DNA from: Octopus bimaculoides
Lineage: Eukaryota
Assembly (NCBI RefSeq): GCF_001194135.2
Contig: NC_068985.1
Location: 33,388,232-33,452,231, forward strand
DNA: 64,000 nucleotides
Direction: 5' to 3'
The notes under the pieces were generated by a model that was not told where the DNA came from, made no database searches, and saw nothing but the letters and a program-made list of their open reading frames with translations. Positions 12,981-24,925 of the stretch are shown here, in pieces. Both the position numbers and the translations under genes were made by a program. Numbering within the stretch: the stretch's first letter is position 1; the number at the start of each line of letters is the position of its first letter.

Positions 12981-13491
12981 NNNNNNNNNNNNNNNNNNNN
13001 NNNNNNNNNNNNNNNNNNNNNNNNNNNNNNNNNNNNNNNNNNNNNNNNNNNNNNNNNNNNNNNNNNNNNNNNNNNNNNNNNNNNNNNNNNNNNNNNNNNN
13101 NNNNNNNNNNNNNNNNNNNNNNNNNNNNNNNNNNNNNNNNNNNNNNNNNNNNNNNNNNNNNNNNNNNNNNNNNNNNNNNNNNNNNNNNNNNNNNNNNNNN
13201 NNNNNNNNNNNNNNNNNNNNNNNNNNNNNNNNNNNNNNNNNNNNNNNNNNNNNNNNNNNNNNNNNNNNNNNNNNNNNNNNNNNNNNNNNNNNNNNNNNNN
13301 NNNNNNNNNNNNNNNNNNNNNNNNNNNNNNNNNNNNNNNNNNNNNNNNNNNNNNNNNNNNNNNNNNNNNNNNNNNNNNNNNNNNNNNNNNNNNNNNNNNN
13401 NNNNNNNNNNNNNNNNNNNNNNNNNNNNNNNNNNNNNNNNNNNNNNNNNNNNNNNNNNNNNNNNNNNNNNNNNNNNNNNNNNNNNNNNNNN

Positions 13492-13590
13492 NTGGAGCCT
13501 GGTGTTGCCATCCGGTTTCACCAGTCCTCAGTCAAATCGTCCAACCCATGCTAGCATGGAAGGCGGACGTTAAACGATGATGATGATGAT
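13492..13590 (+). mobile_element. RTE-family 3' tail fragment ending in (GAT)n
   Basis: TGGAGCCTGGTG...CAGTCAAATCGTCCAACCCATGCTAGCATGGAAGGCGGACGTTAAACGATGATG. Confidence 0.8.
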
Positions 13591-13904
13591 ATATATATAT
13601 TTATGCTTAATTATTAATCATCTGAAAATTTAAAATCTGCCTTATCTTTTTACATGTAAAATTCTAACTGAACATCTGAAAAAATTTTAGCAATTAAAAA
13701 ATGCTAACAAAAAGAAACGCCAAACCAAATTTAACTTTAGACATTCATTCAACCAAGAGTGACGTCATTGAATAACTAATTTACTTTATAAAAATAAAAT
13801 ATAAGAAATACCATACTGAGTCCATATTTTTTGACAATTTGAAATCTACATAGAAAAAAACGAAAGCTCCAAAACATTATGTAAAAAATGAGTATATTTA
13901 TCTA

Positions 13905-14615
13905 CAAATATTGATGATGTCACTGGATACTGCAGACAGGAATTCTACATTGTGTTTAATAGATAACTAAAGAATAAAAACTACAAACAATAATTTAACC
14001 TAATGCTTAATAGAAACTTAGATACTTTACGATGCAATAATTAATTACCTATTTATTTATTTAATATAATAAACCTTTTTACAGGAATTAACCTTATTAT
14101 ATAATAACTGAAAAAATATTATATTGAACAACATATACAACCACCAAGGATCTCATTGGATAATTAAAAAATAAATATTACAGAAAAGACAATCAAATAA
14201 TACCTATTTTTTCATTATAATAAACTCTCATATAAGAATTAATCTTATTATATAATAATTGAAAAATTATTATAATTAATAGTAGTATATACAATTATTG
14301 ATGACTACGCTGGATACCTAAAGAATAAAAATAACAGATAAGGTAATTAAATACCTATTTACTTATTATATCATACCATTTTATAGGAATTAAAATTATT
14401 ATATAATAATTATAATTAATAATATATACAATTCTTGATGATCTCAGTAGATAGTTAAAGAATAAAAATTATAGATAAGGACTCTATGTTATGCTTAATT
14501 GAAGCTTAGATACTTTACATAGCTATAATGAAGTACTTACTCATTATATTAAACACTTTAATAGGAATTAACCTTATTATATAATGACTAATTAAAAATA
14601 TATTATAATTAATAA
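13905..14615. repeat. Degenerate AT-rich tandem repeat, about 4 units of 150-180 bp, directly downstream of a Penelope ORF
   Basis: AG(G/A)AATTAA(C/T/A)(C/A)TTATTATATAAT recurs at about 14083, 14233, 14383 and 14562; TAAAGAATAAAAA also recurs. Confidence 0.7.
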
Positions 14616-14619
14616 TTAA

Positions 14620-15530
14620 AATATTTGAATGTCTTTCTAAATTTATGGCAACGTTTCAAAGTTAAGTGTCCATTAAAATTCAATAAAATTGATTTAGAAG
14701 TAATTATAAAATATAATTCTTCGAGGCAAAGATCACAAGTAGAATCACCAGTATTATACGATGGTGCATAACTAATAAAGGACCACTTTAAATCATATTT
14801 AATATTCTTATCCTTTAAATTCCAAATGCATTTACTACGGTTTGTAGAATTACATTTTCTTCTATATTTAAAGCAATTAGAATGATTATAAAATCTAGAT
14901 TTCCAATTAGTAGCAGAAGAATCAATATACCAATACTTAAGATATCTAGTTATTACTTCAGACTGATATACTATATTTTTCTTTAAGCACTGATTTCCTA
15001 AAGGACATCAAGTTTTGTTTACGAAGTTACACATGGATTTGTTCACTTGTAAATTGCCCTCATAGTTATAAGAATTTCCACTAGCACCCATCTGTAAAAT
15101 AGGTATTAATGTTGGATTATAATAATTATTATTATTAGAATTAATATTAGCACAAGGCTCACTATATTATCAGCATTTTGATAAATTATAGAATTTAAAC
15201 CTTGTTCCGAATGATTATCAATAACCTTAATTTCACTATACATATTATCAGTTCTACAATTATTTATAGGTTTAGAATTGTGATATTATCTAATTCTCTG
15301 TTTATTTTGTGCTGCAATAATCTCAACTAAATTTCTAGTGGTTGACTACAAAAACTTAACAATGTCTATTAAATGATTTTCCATATTTACTTGTAAGTAG
15401 GAAATACCTATCTAGTGCTGCAAAGAATTTATGAGGGATATTAGAAGCTATTGAAAATGAAAATGGAGCATTGTACCATATAATATTTGTTGAGCTATTC
15501 TTATTATTTCTATTTGACTTGGTTTCTACA
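14620..15530 (-). mobile_element. Penelope-like element, linker plus GIY-YIG C-terminus (second lineage)
   Basis: IIWYNAPFS...CNFVNKT*CPLGNQCLKKNIVYQSEV...WKSRFYNH...SKCIWNLKDK...CDLCLEE. Confidence 0.8.
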
Positions 15531-15569
15531 GTTGGATTCTCTTCCTAGCACCAGCCTTTACAGCGTGTG

Positions 15570-16240
15570 CTGAGTACTTTTCACATAGTACTGCATGAGT
15601 GCCTTTAGGTGGCGCTAGCATGAGTGCTTTTTATGCAGTACTAGCATACAACTCTTGCAGGCCAGTCCTCTTCACCAGTGAGTGGCCCTAACACTTCTAC
15701 TGTGAAGGACAGGTCTTTATGAGTACAGCAAAGTACCACGTATCTTGATCCTTTTTCATCTCATCTAAAAGGTTCAGCATCCTGAGGTCATCCTTCAGTA
15801 CTTCATCCCACATCTTCCTGGGTCTCCCTCTTTAACATTATCCATCCACTTTGAGAGATCTGCACTTCTTTATGAAGCTGTTGGCATCCATTCACATCAC
15901 ATGAGCAAACCAGCACAGTCTTCCCTCTTGCACACCTCATTTAATTCCCCTTATGCCCAACTTCTCTTTCAATGCACCAGCACTTTGTTGAACATGTACA
16001 CTTACGTTACACATCCAGCAGAGCATACTAGCCTCATTTCTCTCTTGCCTTTGCATGTCCTCTGTATTCAGGGCTCATGTCTCACTGCCATATAGAATTG
16101 CTGTTTGTATATCATACAATCTTCCTTTCGCATGAAGAGAGAAACCTTTGGTTGCCAACAAAAGTAAAAGCTCTCTGAATTTTCTCCATCTTATTCTAAT
16201 TCTTGTTATTACACTGGCTATATATACTTTCATATTTGTA
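15570..16240 (-). mobile_element. RTE LINE RT C-terminal fragment
   Basis: Minus translation RIRIRWRKFRELLLLLATKGFSLHAKGRLYDIQTAILYGSET matches the RTE copies at 43.5 and 61.6 kb. Confidence 0.8.
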
Positions 16241-16242
16241 TG

Positions 16243-16335
16243 TATTGGGCAAGTGTCTTCTGCTATAGCCCCGAGCCGACCGAAGCTTTGTGATTGAATT
16301 TGGTAGGCGGAAGTTACTGCCGTGTGTGTATATGT
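16243..16335 (+). mobile_element. CORE-type SINE fragment (family D)
   Basis: TTGGGCAAGTGTCTTCT.CTATAGCC, shared with 57389-57735. Confidence 0.7.
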
Positions 16336-16386
16336 CTGTGTATGTGCTTGTGCCTCTCTCCGAAAGATATATATATATATGTGTGC

Positions 16387-16417
<31 letters not shown>

Positions 16418-16887
16418 TATACATATACAAATCTATTTATCTGTCTATCTATTTGTACACACATACACACACACACACTCACACACACACTCACACACAC
16501 ACACAAACACTATACAATATTATATATTATTATAAATCAGTTGCATGTAAAAAAGAATTAACATGTTTTTGCTAGAAAATAGAAAAATTCAACATTATTG
16601 GATTTGCATACATAAGGGAATTCCCTTTGGTATTGAGATATTTTAGAGGAATTTGTATTTCAAACAGATATTTTCAGTAAAAATTGCTTTGAGTATATCC
16701 TTATGTAATAAAAACATGGCACTATTTTAATAAAAATATAACTCTTCAGGGGATTGTAAAATAGTTTCAAAAAATAAAATGATATAAAAACAATGAAAAA
16801 ACCATTACTTAGGATGTGTGACCAGAATATCTGACTGTGTAGGATTCAGAATTGAGATTTTTATCATATATGAGAGAAGTAGATCTA

Positions 16888-17960
16888 TGAGGTGGTATTA
16901 AAATGTTCCCAGTTTAGTTCTGTACTGCACCAATTGATGGCAGCACATGGTTGTGTGCACAGTGAGAGCTAGCAGTGGTCTTCATGAAGCAGTGTGCTGA
17001 GTGACATCACTGTGTTTATTTTGTAAGTTGTGAAATTTGTGTTTTTGTGATCATATGTATAATGTGTCGGAAGCGCAATGGCCCAGTGGTTAGGGCAGCT
17101 GACTCGCGGTCATAGGATCGCGGTTTCGATTCCCAGACCGGGCGTTGTGAATGTTTATTGAGCGAAAACACCTAAAAGCTCCATGAGGCTCCGGCAGGGG
17201 ATGGTGACGAACCCTGCTGTACTCTTTCACCACAACTTTCTCTCACTCCTTCTTCCTGTTTCTGTTGTGCCTTTAATTCAAAGGGCCAGCCTTGTCACAC
17301 TGTGTCACGCTGAATATCCCCGAGAACTACGTAAAGGGTACACGTGTCTGTGGAATGCTCAGCCACTTGCACGTTAATTTCATGAGCAGGCTGTTCCATT
17401 GATCGGATCAACCGGAACCCTCGATGTCGTAAGCGATGGAGTGCCAACAACATGTATAATGTAGTCTGTGATTTTGACATGGACAGGAAGTTGGAGCAAA
17501 AAGCCAACGTGAAATTTTGCAATAAACTTGGGAAGTTTGCTACAGAGACATTGAGCATGCTTCAGTAAGCTTGAAGTGATGAGGCAATGGGTTGTATGCG
17601 ATGTTTCAAATGGCACAAACATGTCAAAAGTAAAAGAATGTCCCTGGAAGATGACAAGTGATCTAGAAGACCTGCCATGAGCATCACTAAGCTCTCCTCT
17701 CATGAATTTTTCACTAAAAACAACATGACATCACTACGGCACCCTCCCTATTCACCACATTTAGCATCTGCAGACTTCCATCTCTTCCCCAAGGTGGCAA
17801 GATCCAAAGCAAATTGTAGAAGGTCCTTGACTCGCTTGTGGAAAATGACTTCCAGGCCAGATTCCAAATGTAGCAGGAATGCTGAGACCAGTGTATTGCT
17901 GCACAAAATGACTATTTTGAAAGAGATGATGTTAAAACTTAGGTAAATAAGTTATTTTGG
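16888..17960 (+). mobile_element. Internally deleted mariner carrying a SINE insertion
   Basis: EQKANVKFCNKLGKFATET...SLEDDK*SRRP is joined directly to HPPYSPHLASADFHLFPK; TA followed by TGAGGTGGTATTAAAA at the left end. Confidence 0.75.
17066..17451 (+). mobile_element. Young full-length tRNA-derived SINE (family B) with 11-bp TSD
   Basis: Box A TGGCCCAGTGG, box B GGTTTCGATTCCC, CpGs retained; direct repeat ATGTATAATGT at 17055-17065 and 17452-17462. Confidence 0.9.
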
Positions 17961-18039
17961 TGCTAATTTGGCAACAGGTAACAGGTATAAACCATTTGTT
18001 TTATTATCTACTATCTAATAATATATAAATATATATATA

Positions 18040-18091
<52 letters not shown>

Positions 18092-18179
18092 NNNNNNNNN
18101 NNNNNNNNNNNNNNNNNNNNNNNNNNNNNNNNNNNNNNNNNNNNNNNNNNNNNNNNNNNNNNNNNNNNNNNNNNNNNNN

Positions 18180-18320
18180 CTTTCAGTTTCTATCTACAAA
18201 CCAAGCTTTGGTCAACCTGAGGCTATAGTAGAAAGCATTTGCCCTAGGTGCAATGCAGTGGGACTGAACCCAGAACCATGTGGTTGGGAAGCTGGCTTCT
18301 TACCACACAGGCAAGCTCTG
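18180..18320 (-). mobile_element. CORE-type SINE (family D) 5' part
   Basis: Reverse complement of the GGTTCAGTCCCACTGC...GGGCAA.TG.TT.CTACTATAGCC head. Confidence 0.8.
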
Positions 18321-18419
18321 TGTGTGTGTGTGTGTGTGTGTATGTAACACAACAAAAGAAAGAAAGAGACCTCGATATTATGTAAATAGATGAATTTATC
18401 TGTAAAAATATGCCATTGG

Positions 18420-18487
18420 CCAGATAACTGAAGAGATGGTGGCACAGGTTTCCGCCCCAGCATCCGAAACTCGGAGTTTTATCATGG
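18420..18487 (+). ncRNA. Type I hammerhead ribozyme motif, near intact
   Basis: Stem I GATAA/TTATC (extends with CCA/TGG); core CTGAAGA 18428-18434; imperfect stem II GATGGTGGC/GCCCCAGCATCC; GAAA 18466-18469; stem III ACT-CGG-AGT; predicted GUU cleavage after 18478. Confidence 0.7.
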
Positions 18488-19509
18488 CTACCGAATAAGT
18501 GTCACATATTTTTATATATATATATATATATACATTTATATATATATATATATATAATATATGTTTTGTGTGTGTGTGTGTTTGTGTGTGTATGTTTCAT
18601 TAAACACATGATTGTGTTCAAGTTTTATCCTTTTTATTTGTATTCAATATTTCCAGACCTTCAGTATCATTTTCAAGAAATGAATATATTTGGTATCTGT
18701 GTTTGCTATATATTGGTTGAATTTGAGTAGACTTTCCTGCCAAAGGTGTTTTGATTGTTGACTTCATGCATCACCAGTCACATGTTGATTTGCTTGTCAT
18801 GGTCAAACTTTGATGTTATATTTTATCATTTTTTTTTATGTCAGAGGCCATTTATCAATTTTTTGATATGTGTGTTTGTGTGTTAATTTTGGCATTGTAT
18901 TGTGCTATGAATATTGTTTCCATATCTAATCTTCTGTTTTTGTGTGCAATAACACAAAGCTCACATAAAATCTATTACATGGACCAAATACACAAAAACT
19001 ATTGAGCAGATGAACATATAATAAGTAAAACCCTCATAAAACAGAACACAAAATGCATCACACTAGACCATAGACACAAACTAATAACACTGTGTAACAT
19101 GATTTTTGTCCTTGGGTAGCAATTGTTATTTCCAATTTGCTATCTCAAGAAAGTGTGAAAAATAGTTAATATTTCTTTCAAATTTTGCTTTTGTAACATT
19201 TATTCAAACTCTAAAGAAAACCTTTCAACACATGGCTATGAGGCCTCCCCCACTACTCCTGCTCATGATCAGAAATGCACATATTGTCAGCCACTAAGGG
19301 ACATGCTCAAGTGGTTAAGGTCAAGCAACTGACAAGCAAATCTGTGGTATTGAGCAGAATATTTGCTATAACAATATTTCTGCTTCAGCAATTCAGTGCT
19401 GAATCTGTCTGAAATTTAATGGAAAATAGGTCAGTTTTAAAACATTGGTGACCAGGTCACAGACGCAAAGTTTGAAGGGAATGGTAATACTTTCTTTTGA
19501 TTTCTAGAT

Positions 19510-20110
19510 AGAAACAAATTGGAAATAACACTTACTGACCAAAGACAAAAAAAATTAAAATCTTGTTACACAGTATGATATACTACGAAAACATCAAAAC
19601 CAGAAACCTATTCATCATGAATATTCCACAAGCATGTAAACTTGAAAACAACCTGTGGGTGACCAATGTGATCTATAAATTTGACTGTAAAACTGAAAAT
19701 TGTTAACTTCAGGACTGTAGCTGTTACACTGGACACTTGTCAGTGAGGACTGAAAAGTTGGCAGACAAGATGCCAGGTTTAACTCTTGACTAGCTGTAAG
19801 GTATAGTACAACATGCAACTCTATTTGTCAACCAATCTTGAAATACATAATATCACTAGAATTGTACTGACTTTGTTTACATTTCTTTTGAAGAATGTGA
19901 AGAACATGCTAATGTAACAGAGAAAATTCCAATCCCTTTTTCTACTAATATTTATTTCTGTTCTGTAACAATCATTGCAGGATGAGACTTTTGATTTAGA
20001 AAATTTTCAGTAGGATGTTAAGAATTAATAAAAGGAAATAATTTTGTCCAGCAACATGACGAAGAAAGAGGAATAAAATGGCTGGAAAGTGTCTTTGGTT
20101 TTCTCAATAA
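19510..20110 (+). mobile_element. Penelope-like GIY-YIG fragment (third lineage)
   Basis: TNVIYKFDCKTENC*LQDCSCYTGHLSVR resembles the GIY-YIG N-terminus; heavily decayed. Confidence 0.55.
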
Positions 20111-20734
20111 TAAAGAGGAATTGGAGCTAAAAGTTTCCCTTAATTTTTTTTTCCAGTGTGGCCTGATATTTGGCAGTTTAAGAATTATTACACTTGAGTT
20201 ATGTAATTTCATGTATTTTGAAATGTGAATGTGTTAATGTTATTGTTATTAAAGTGGGTTTTTTTAACAGTGTTTATTAAGGAGAGGTTTTCCTCATTAG
20301 TCTTTCAAATTACCAAAATTACACAGTGTAACTATTACATATACATACAGTAATGCAAAGCAGAGAAGGAGTCTCTATACAGTTACTTGATCTGCTAGAA
20401 ATACTTGTCAAATCTCCCTTCAAATCACATCCTACATGTTGTCTTCAAAAAGAAATAAAAATTAAAAGACATTGGGCTGTGTATGTCTGCAAAAAGATGG
20501 AATGTTTACAGCTGAAATGTCTATAATCACAGGTTTGTTCAGTCAGGGTTGTTGTGGGACTAGACAACATATAGCAATAAAGTATACTTCTCTATTATGA
20601 GTATTTACCTGCATAATGGGCTGAATTATTAGTGCACTAGTCAATCTCTTGGTGATTGATTAGTGTTCTGACTTATGTGTTATCATTAGCACTGTATTAT
20701 GTCAATGGTAAGATCATTTAACTTTTAACTATTG

Positions 20735-21300
20735 GGTCTATTTGCCGTAGAAAGATGCTCGGTGCTCTACCAACATGCCAAAGAGCAACATGGTGGTGTA
20801 CTGGACCGGATTAGCATAGAAATCCTGTCTAGACACCCCGATGATGCATCGTTACGGCAAATACATGAGTCGGTCCTCATAACTGAAACACGACCAATTT
20901 TGAATAGCAAATACACGTAGATAAAAGCCTTACAATTACCCATGGTTGCGGATGTTGTTCACACATAAAATACAGAACGTGAACTTGAAAATGAAAGGAT
21001 GCATTTACGAAGAAAACAGAAAATAACAGAGAGAAAACCAAAACCAACTCCAAAGTCTGTATCTTATCTGATATGAATGAAATTTAACAAACACACATAT
21101 GGACGCACATGCTTACATATAAGCACACACACATACGAGCATGCGCACATACGAGTGTGCACACATACGAGCATGTACACACTCACATGCTCATACCGGA
21201 CAATTTCAAAACAACGCTAAATCATACATTTAAAATAAATGGAAGTGGAGAGACAAGTTACTGAAGAGCTTGCAAGAGTGCAATGAAATGATTTAACAAA
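20735..21300 (+). mobile_element. Penelope-like 3' end (GIY-YIG C-terminus plus 3' region with decayed hammerhead)
   Basis: SVLYQHAKEQHGG...IEILSRHPDDASLRQIHESVLITETRPILNSK; CTGAAGAG-hairpin-GAAA at 21261-21288. Confidence 0.7.
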
Positions 21301-22940
21301 AAAAAAAAACCTAAATACTGTTTATAAATAAATAAAGGACCAAACCAGTGCATGTGTTTATTACCGGCATAATGCCTCTCCCAAGGTTTAATAGTCTATT
21401 TAGTTGTTATTGTTATTTAGCCACAAGCCAGCTCTTACCAAGTAGATCAAAGATCTCCTGGCCATGGCTAGTTTATCTTTATTGTGAACTTAGTGCATAG
21501 AAGTTCACATTAAGAAATGCATTCAGTTTTAAGGTAGATGGATTGATTAGAAGAAGATTTGGCTGTTATTTCTTGTAAGCTAAATGACTGCATAGGGGCT
21601 CTCACATATTTCACCATTGTTGTTCATTACATTGAAATCCTGAGTTCAAGTCCTCTTATGAAAAAGGTTCCCTAAAGTTGTATGGCATCCTCTTGAGTGA
21701 GGGATTTAGCTCAAATATGCTTTGGTAGAGAAACCAAATCTGTGTGCTGTCTCTGGATGTTCTGGTTCAAATGGGATTAAAGACATGTAATGTGAGCCAT
21801 TGAGAGTTTTGCATTTTGTCAGAAACAGTATGGTAATAAGAGCATGACATGAATTGTTGACTCTTATTTAAAAAGGCTCACAAACTTATAAAAATTCCAA
21901 CTCAACTAACATCTCATGCATTATCATTACTGCCACTAATGTCTGCAATGATGGACATAATACATGTGACATAAGAAAGCTCCAATATTAATACTAAGAC
22001 AAGTAGAATATTGTGCATAAGATATGTATTTTGGAAAATTAAAGTGTGATTATTTGTACATGTGTTATGTTATTAAATTCAAATAGCCTTGGTAGTGATA
22101 ATTTCTTATTAAACAGAGTAAAATTAGACAGATTTTACCATTTAAAATCATATGAAAGCATTCAATGTTTTAATATTATAAACCATCAAACAACATTTCA
22201 GTTTTCAATGCACTTATTAACTACTTCACCACTTTGATCAGCGAATTTAATGTCAGCATGAATAAAACAAAAGATTTTGTTGATATTTCAATCAAATCCT
22301 ACAACTATGTTTGTAGAAAACACTTGATTTTTAATCATGATATATGCATACATGCAAACATTTCATTTAAAAGAGAATGATTTTATCAAAAAATAACAAA
22401 ATATCCAATGAATAAAACAAAATGGTATTGCTTCCAGTCTACTATTGATATGATTAAAAAAATAGAATAAAACTGAACTTTCCTTTAAAGAAAGTTAATA
22501 TGGAATCAACAATGATTGCACTCTGACAAAAAATCTTACAATTTTACTCAAGAACTTTGAAAGATATTGTTACATAAAAAAAGAAAATGTTTATATAGCA
22601 ACTTTGAAAAATATAAATATGCTGAAAGAAAGTAACATTATAACAGGTTTAATTACTAAAATATTGCAAATCTGGTTGATCTTCCAAAGGTCATTGAATA
22701 TGTAAATCGATAAGTCAGACATTGGAAAACTCTTTCTAACAACAGGCCTTTACAATTCATAAATCAGAGCTACCACGAAAAGAATATTTCTAAAAAATAT
22801 ATGTAGTACAGAGTACACCATGTATTACTTGTTGCCCATGCTTGCTGTCTATGAATTGTATACACTTCCATACTCAAATACAAATACTTGGTTCTGCCCA
22901 AACACCCCAAGAAGTATCTTATAATCTTGTTTGTTCTTAG

Positions 22941-23028
22941 ATTCTATATATTGCAAAGTCACAAAGTCATTTACTGCAGCTGCTAGTTTTCAAAACTTTC
23001 TTGTGTTCTACAATGATACAGAAGAATT
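22941..23028 (+). other. Candidate internal exon of an unknown gene
   Basis: Acceptor TCTTGTTTGTTCTTAG, donor GTAAGC, open frame (D)SIYCKVTKSFTAAASFQNFLVFYNDTEE. No homology recognised. Confidence 0.3.
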
Positions 23029-23499
23029 GTAAGCAATACCCTTATTATGTCTAGGATGAAGTTTTCTTTAATTGAATAATTCAAGTGATCATATCTGGCA
23101 GTTACTTCCAATGGTTATTTTATAGATTCATTCCAGATAGTATATCTAGTGATCTAGTAATAAAGAATAATTTATCTGCTATTATGCCAATATGCCTACT
23201 AATATCTCATTTAAAGAATAACCAGANNNNNNNNNNNNNNNNNNNNNNNNNNNNNNNNNNNNNNNNNNNNNNNNNNNNNNNNNNNNNNNNNNNNNNNNNN
23301 NNNNNNNNNNNNNNNNNNNNNNNNNNTTGTTCAAAGTACTGAGTTCAACTCCAGCTGAAGGTAGTGTTCACTATTTTCCCCTTGTTTGGGTCTATGACCC
23401 TCCATGTTTGTTTTTCTTTGGTTTCCCTGCATGTCTCCACTGTTCTGGTTTGTTTCTAACTTTGACGCTCCATAAATCCCAAATTTTATTTTGGTATTT

Positions 23500-23715
23500 A
23501 TGGGAGCAACTGTCTTCGAAGACTCATATTATCATTGATTGCTCAAAATGGGGAGTAGATAGACAGCCAACAACTGATGAAGGGTCATTCTTTGTATTGC
23601 TTGTCCTTTTTTCTCTCTCGTAATTTGCATATTTGTTTTCACATTTCATGTTTACTGTTGGTGACATCCTGTACCCATATATGCATATATATATTTTGGT
23701 TTCTTTCGGATACCC
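23500..23715 (+). repeat. Unclassified short repeat, also present at 54721-54900
   Basis: Shared GGAGTAGAT...ACAACTGA(T/C)GAAGGG...GA(C/T)(A/G)TCCTGTACCCATATATGCATATAT. Confidence 0.65.
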
Positions 23716-23729
23716 CTTTGTGTGTGTGT

Positions 23730-23805
<76 letters not shown>

Positions 23806-24030
23806 TTATGTGTGTTTTTTGTGTTTGCTAGTCCATTACCACCACCACCACTGGACAACTTGTATTGGTTTGTTTACATCACTGTAACTTTGTGGTTTGG
23901 CAAAAAGATACGGATAGAATAAGTACTAGGCTTAAAAATAAGCACTGGGGTTGATATGTTTGACTAAACTCTTCAAGACAGTGCCCCTGCATGGCTGCAG
24001 TCTAACGACTGAAGCAAATAAAAGAATATC
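23716..24030 (+). mobile_element. SINE family D 3' half with internal (TG)n
   Basis: GGTTTGGCAAAAGA.AC.GATAGAATAAGTACTAGGCTT...GACTAAA...GCATGGCTGCAGTC, matching 57540-57735. Confidence 0.8.
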
Positions 24031-24735
24031 ATATTTTAGAACTCAATAGAAGGATACATTGAATAATGTTGTTGTACATGTCTGAGAAAAAAGTTGGCAT
24101 AGTCATATCTGGAACCTGTGTCTTTTTATCATAGGTTTGCTTTATTAGGGTTGATCTTCGGCTGAACAGGAACAATGATAATGACAACAACTGGCAAATA
24201 TATCATGCATATTTTCAGTTGCATGAAGCAACAAATTCATCAGTAACATGTCATAGATTGATAAGGGGGGTAAAAAAGCATAAAATCTTAAATACTCTGC
24301 CCATTGGCTATTGGTTACGAGTTGGAGTTAGCTAAGATAACTTTTATCTTCAATTTCACATATAAATTTACATCAAGTTGCTTACTTATTATCGACTCCA
24401 GATCTTATCACCAGAAGTCGGAAATTAGTAGCCAATGAGGACTACTGCAATAACCAACACTCTGAGAATGAGTTAATGAAAGAAGGACAAAAAAGATAGT
24501 ATAATGACAATGATGATATTTTAATGGTAGAATTAATTAGTGGGGTCTTAGTAAATTAAGGTGAATTAGCAGGATTGTAAATATCCTGTTCAAATCCTGT
24601 GAAGGTGAATTTTGCTTTTCATCCTGTCATTTTTCATCCGTTTGTTTGATTAACTTGATGACCTACTCATGGAATATTCAGCCACATACTCATCCACTTT
24701 GTGGCTGAATATTCCACAAACATGTATACTTTTAA

Positions 24736-24925
24736 CCTGTTAGCATTTAAGCCAGTCATATCCAGCCAAAATGTTCTACATATTTTAAGTTCAAACTGAC
24801 TGGATCCAGCCTCTCACACCTATCCTACATTGTAATTCTAAAAATAACATTCACGTCATCCAAATCCCAAAACAATGTAAATAAATAACCATTACATTTG
24901 ACTGAGTAATCTGAATGCTAAAGGG
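24736..24925. mobile_element. piggyBac-type MITE (TTAA TSD)
   Basis: TTAA-CCTGTTAGCATT ... AATGCTAAAGGG-TTAA; homologous to 30189-30410 in the opposite orientation. Confidence 0.75.

Noticed and set aside
17066-17140. tRNA gene
   Set aside because: Box A and box B are present, but there is no complete cloverleaf; it continues into a SINE body and is bounded by an 11-bp TSD.
21830-22920. SUEL-lectin-like or other long coding relic
   Set aside because: Only a loose cysteine pattern amid many stops; cannot be distinguished from chance.
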